This document shows, one piece after another, positions 63,525 through 64,000 of a DNA stretch of 64,000 nucleotides. Position 1 is the stretch's first letter. Each line of letters opens with the position of its first letter. The notes beneath the pieces were generated by a model. That model was not told the origin of the DNA, did not search any database, and was given only the letters and a program-made list of their open reading frames with translations. The stretch is from Octopus bimaculoides. Taxonomy: Eukaryota. The DNA is taken from NCBI RefSeq assembly GCF_001194135.2, contig NC_068988.1, positions 93,633,400 through 93,697,399 on the forward strand, read 5' to 3'. Made by a program: the position numbers and the translations under genes.

Positions 63525-63529
63525 TGTGC

Positions 63530-63722
63530 ATATGTGTCTGTTTATCTTGCCTACATTGGTGCTGGTTTGTTTATGTCCCTATAACATAGCGGTTGGATGA
63601 AAGAGACCGACAGAATAATTGCTAGGCTTAGAAACAAGTTCTGGGGTTGATTTATTCGACTAAGCCCACCAGGGTGGTGCCCCAGCATAGCCTCAGTTCC
63701 ATGATCGAAATAAGAGATAAAA
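63530..63722 (+). mobile_element. Family B SINE 3' half
   Basis: Diverged body and tail ggtggtgccccagcatagcctcagttccatgatcgaaa after the largest gap. Confidence 0.72.
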
Positions 63723-64000
63723 GATAGAAGCTCAACTTATTGATGTTATCTTCCTATTAAAAGTACAGGATGTCCATAAATTAACTTTTTCACTTTGTAA
63801 AATTCAGAAAAAAAATGAAATATAAGGATATCTCTGCAAGAAAATTACTATTTTTAAATCTCACAACGAGAGATATTAGGCAAGAGTATTCTGGAGTAAA
63901 AAATGTTTTGCCAACATAACATGGCAGTCCTGGTTTAGGACGAATGTTGCTGTAAATTAGCCTCAAGAGACATCGTCTCCAGCTGGCTATACGACACGTC

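Noticed and set aside
62341-63600. Long ORFs of ~400 aa (and similar X-filled ORFs throughout)
   Set aside because: Artefacts of N runs and dinucleotide repeats.

Overview
Eukaryotic, AT-rich, microsatellite-saturated draft-assembly DNA with many N gaps. The SINE repertoire and simple-repeat density fit an octopod (Octopus sp.) genome; this is inferred from repeat recognition, not a database search. One host gene is supported: a vestigial-like (Vg/VGLL) TEAD co-activator on the + strand. Its coding exon 1 (49983-50060, MSAVDVMYHQPY..., absent from the ORF track) splices in phase 0 to exon 2 (51472-51958), which carries the Tondu/TDU motif (...YFSGDSNRLVDEHFLRALS); the next exon was not found in the window. 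The rest is intergenic or intronic and dense in transposons: at least four tRNA-headed SINE families (A, B = CORE-type, C, D), CR1- and RTE-like LINE remnants, hAT-type MITEs (some nested in SINEs) and a decayed Chapaev3-like transposase. The most notable observation is family D (58396-58645; second copy 20701-20955), a tRNA-headed SINE-like element whose 3' half folds into a minimal type I hammerhead ribozyme of the Penelope-like-element kind. Other leads are SINE/LINE tail sharing, a (CATA)n-associated insert, a CRE/CCAAT/RFX motif island about 10 kb upstream of the vg start codon, and an inverted SINE pair just downstream of vg exon 2. Repeat boundaries were read by eye and are approximate to roughly 10-20 bp unless exact termini are quoted.
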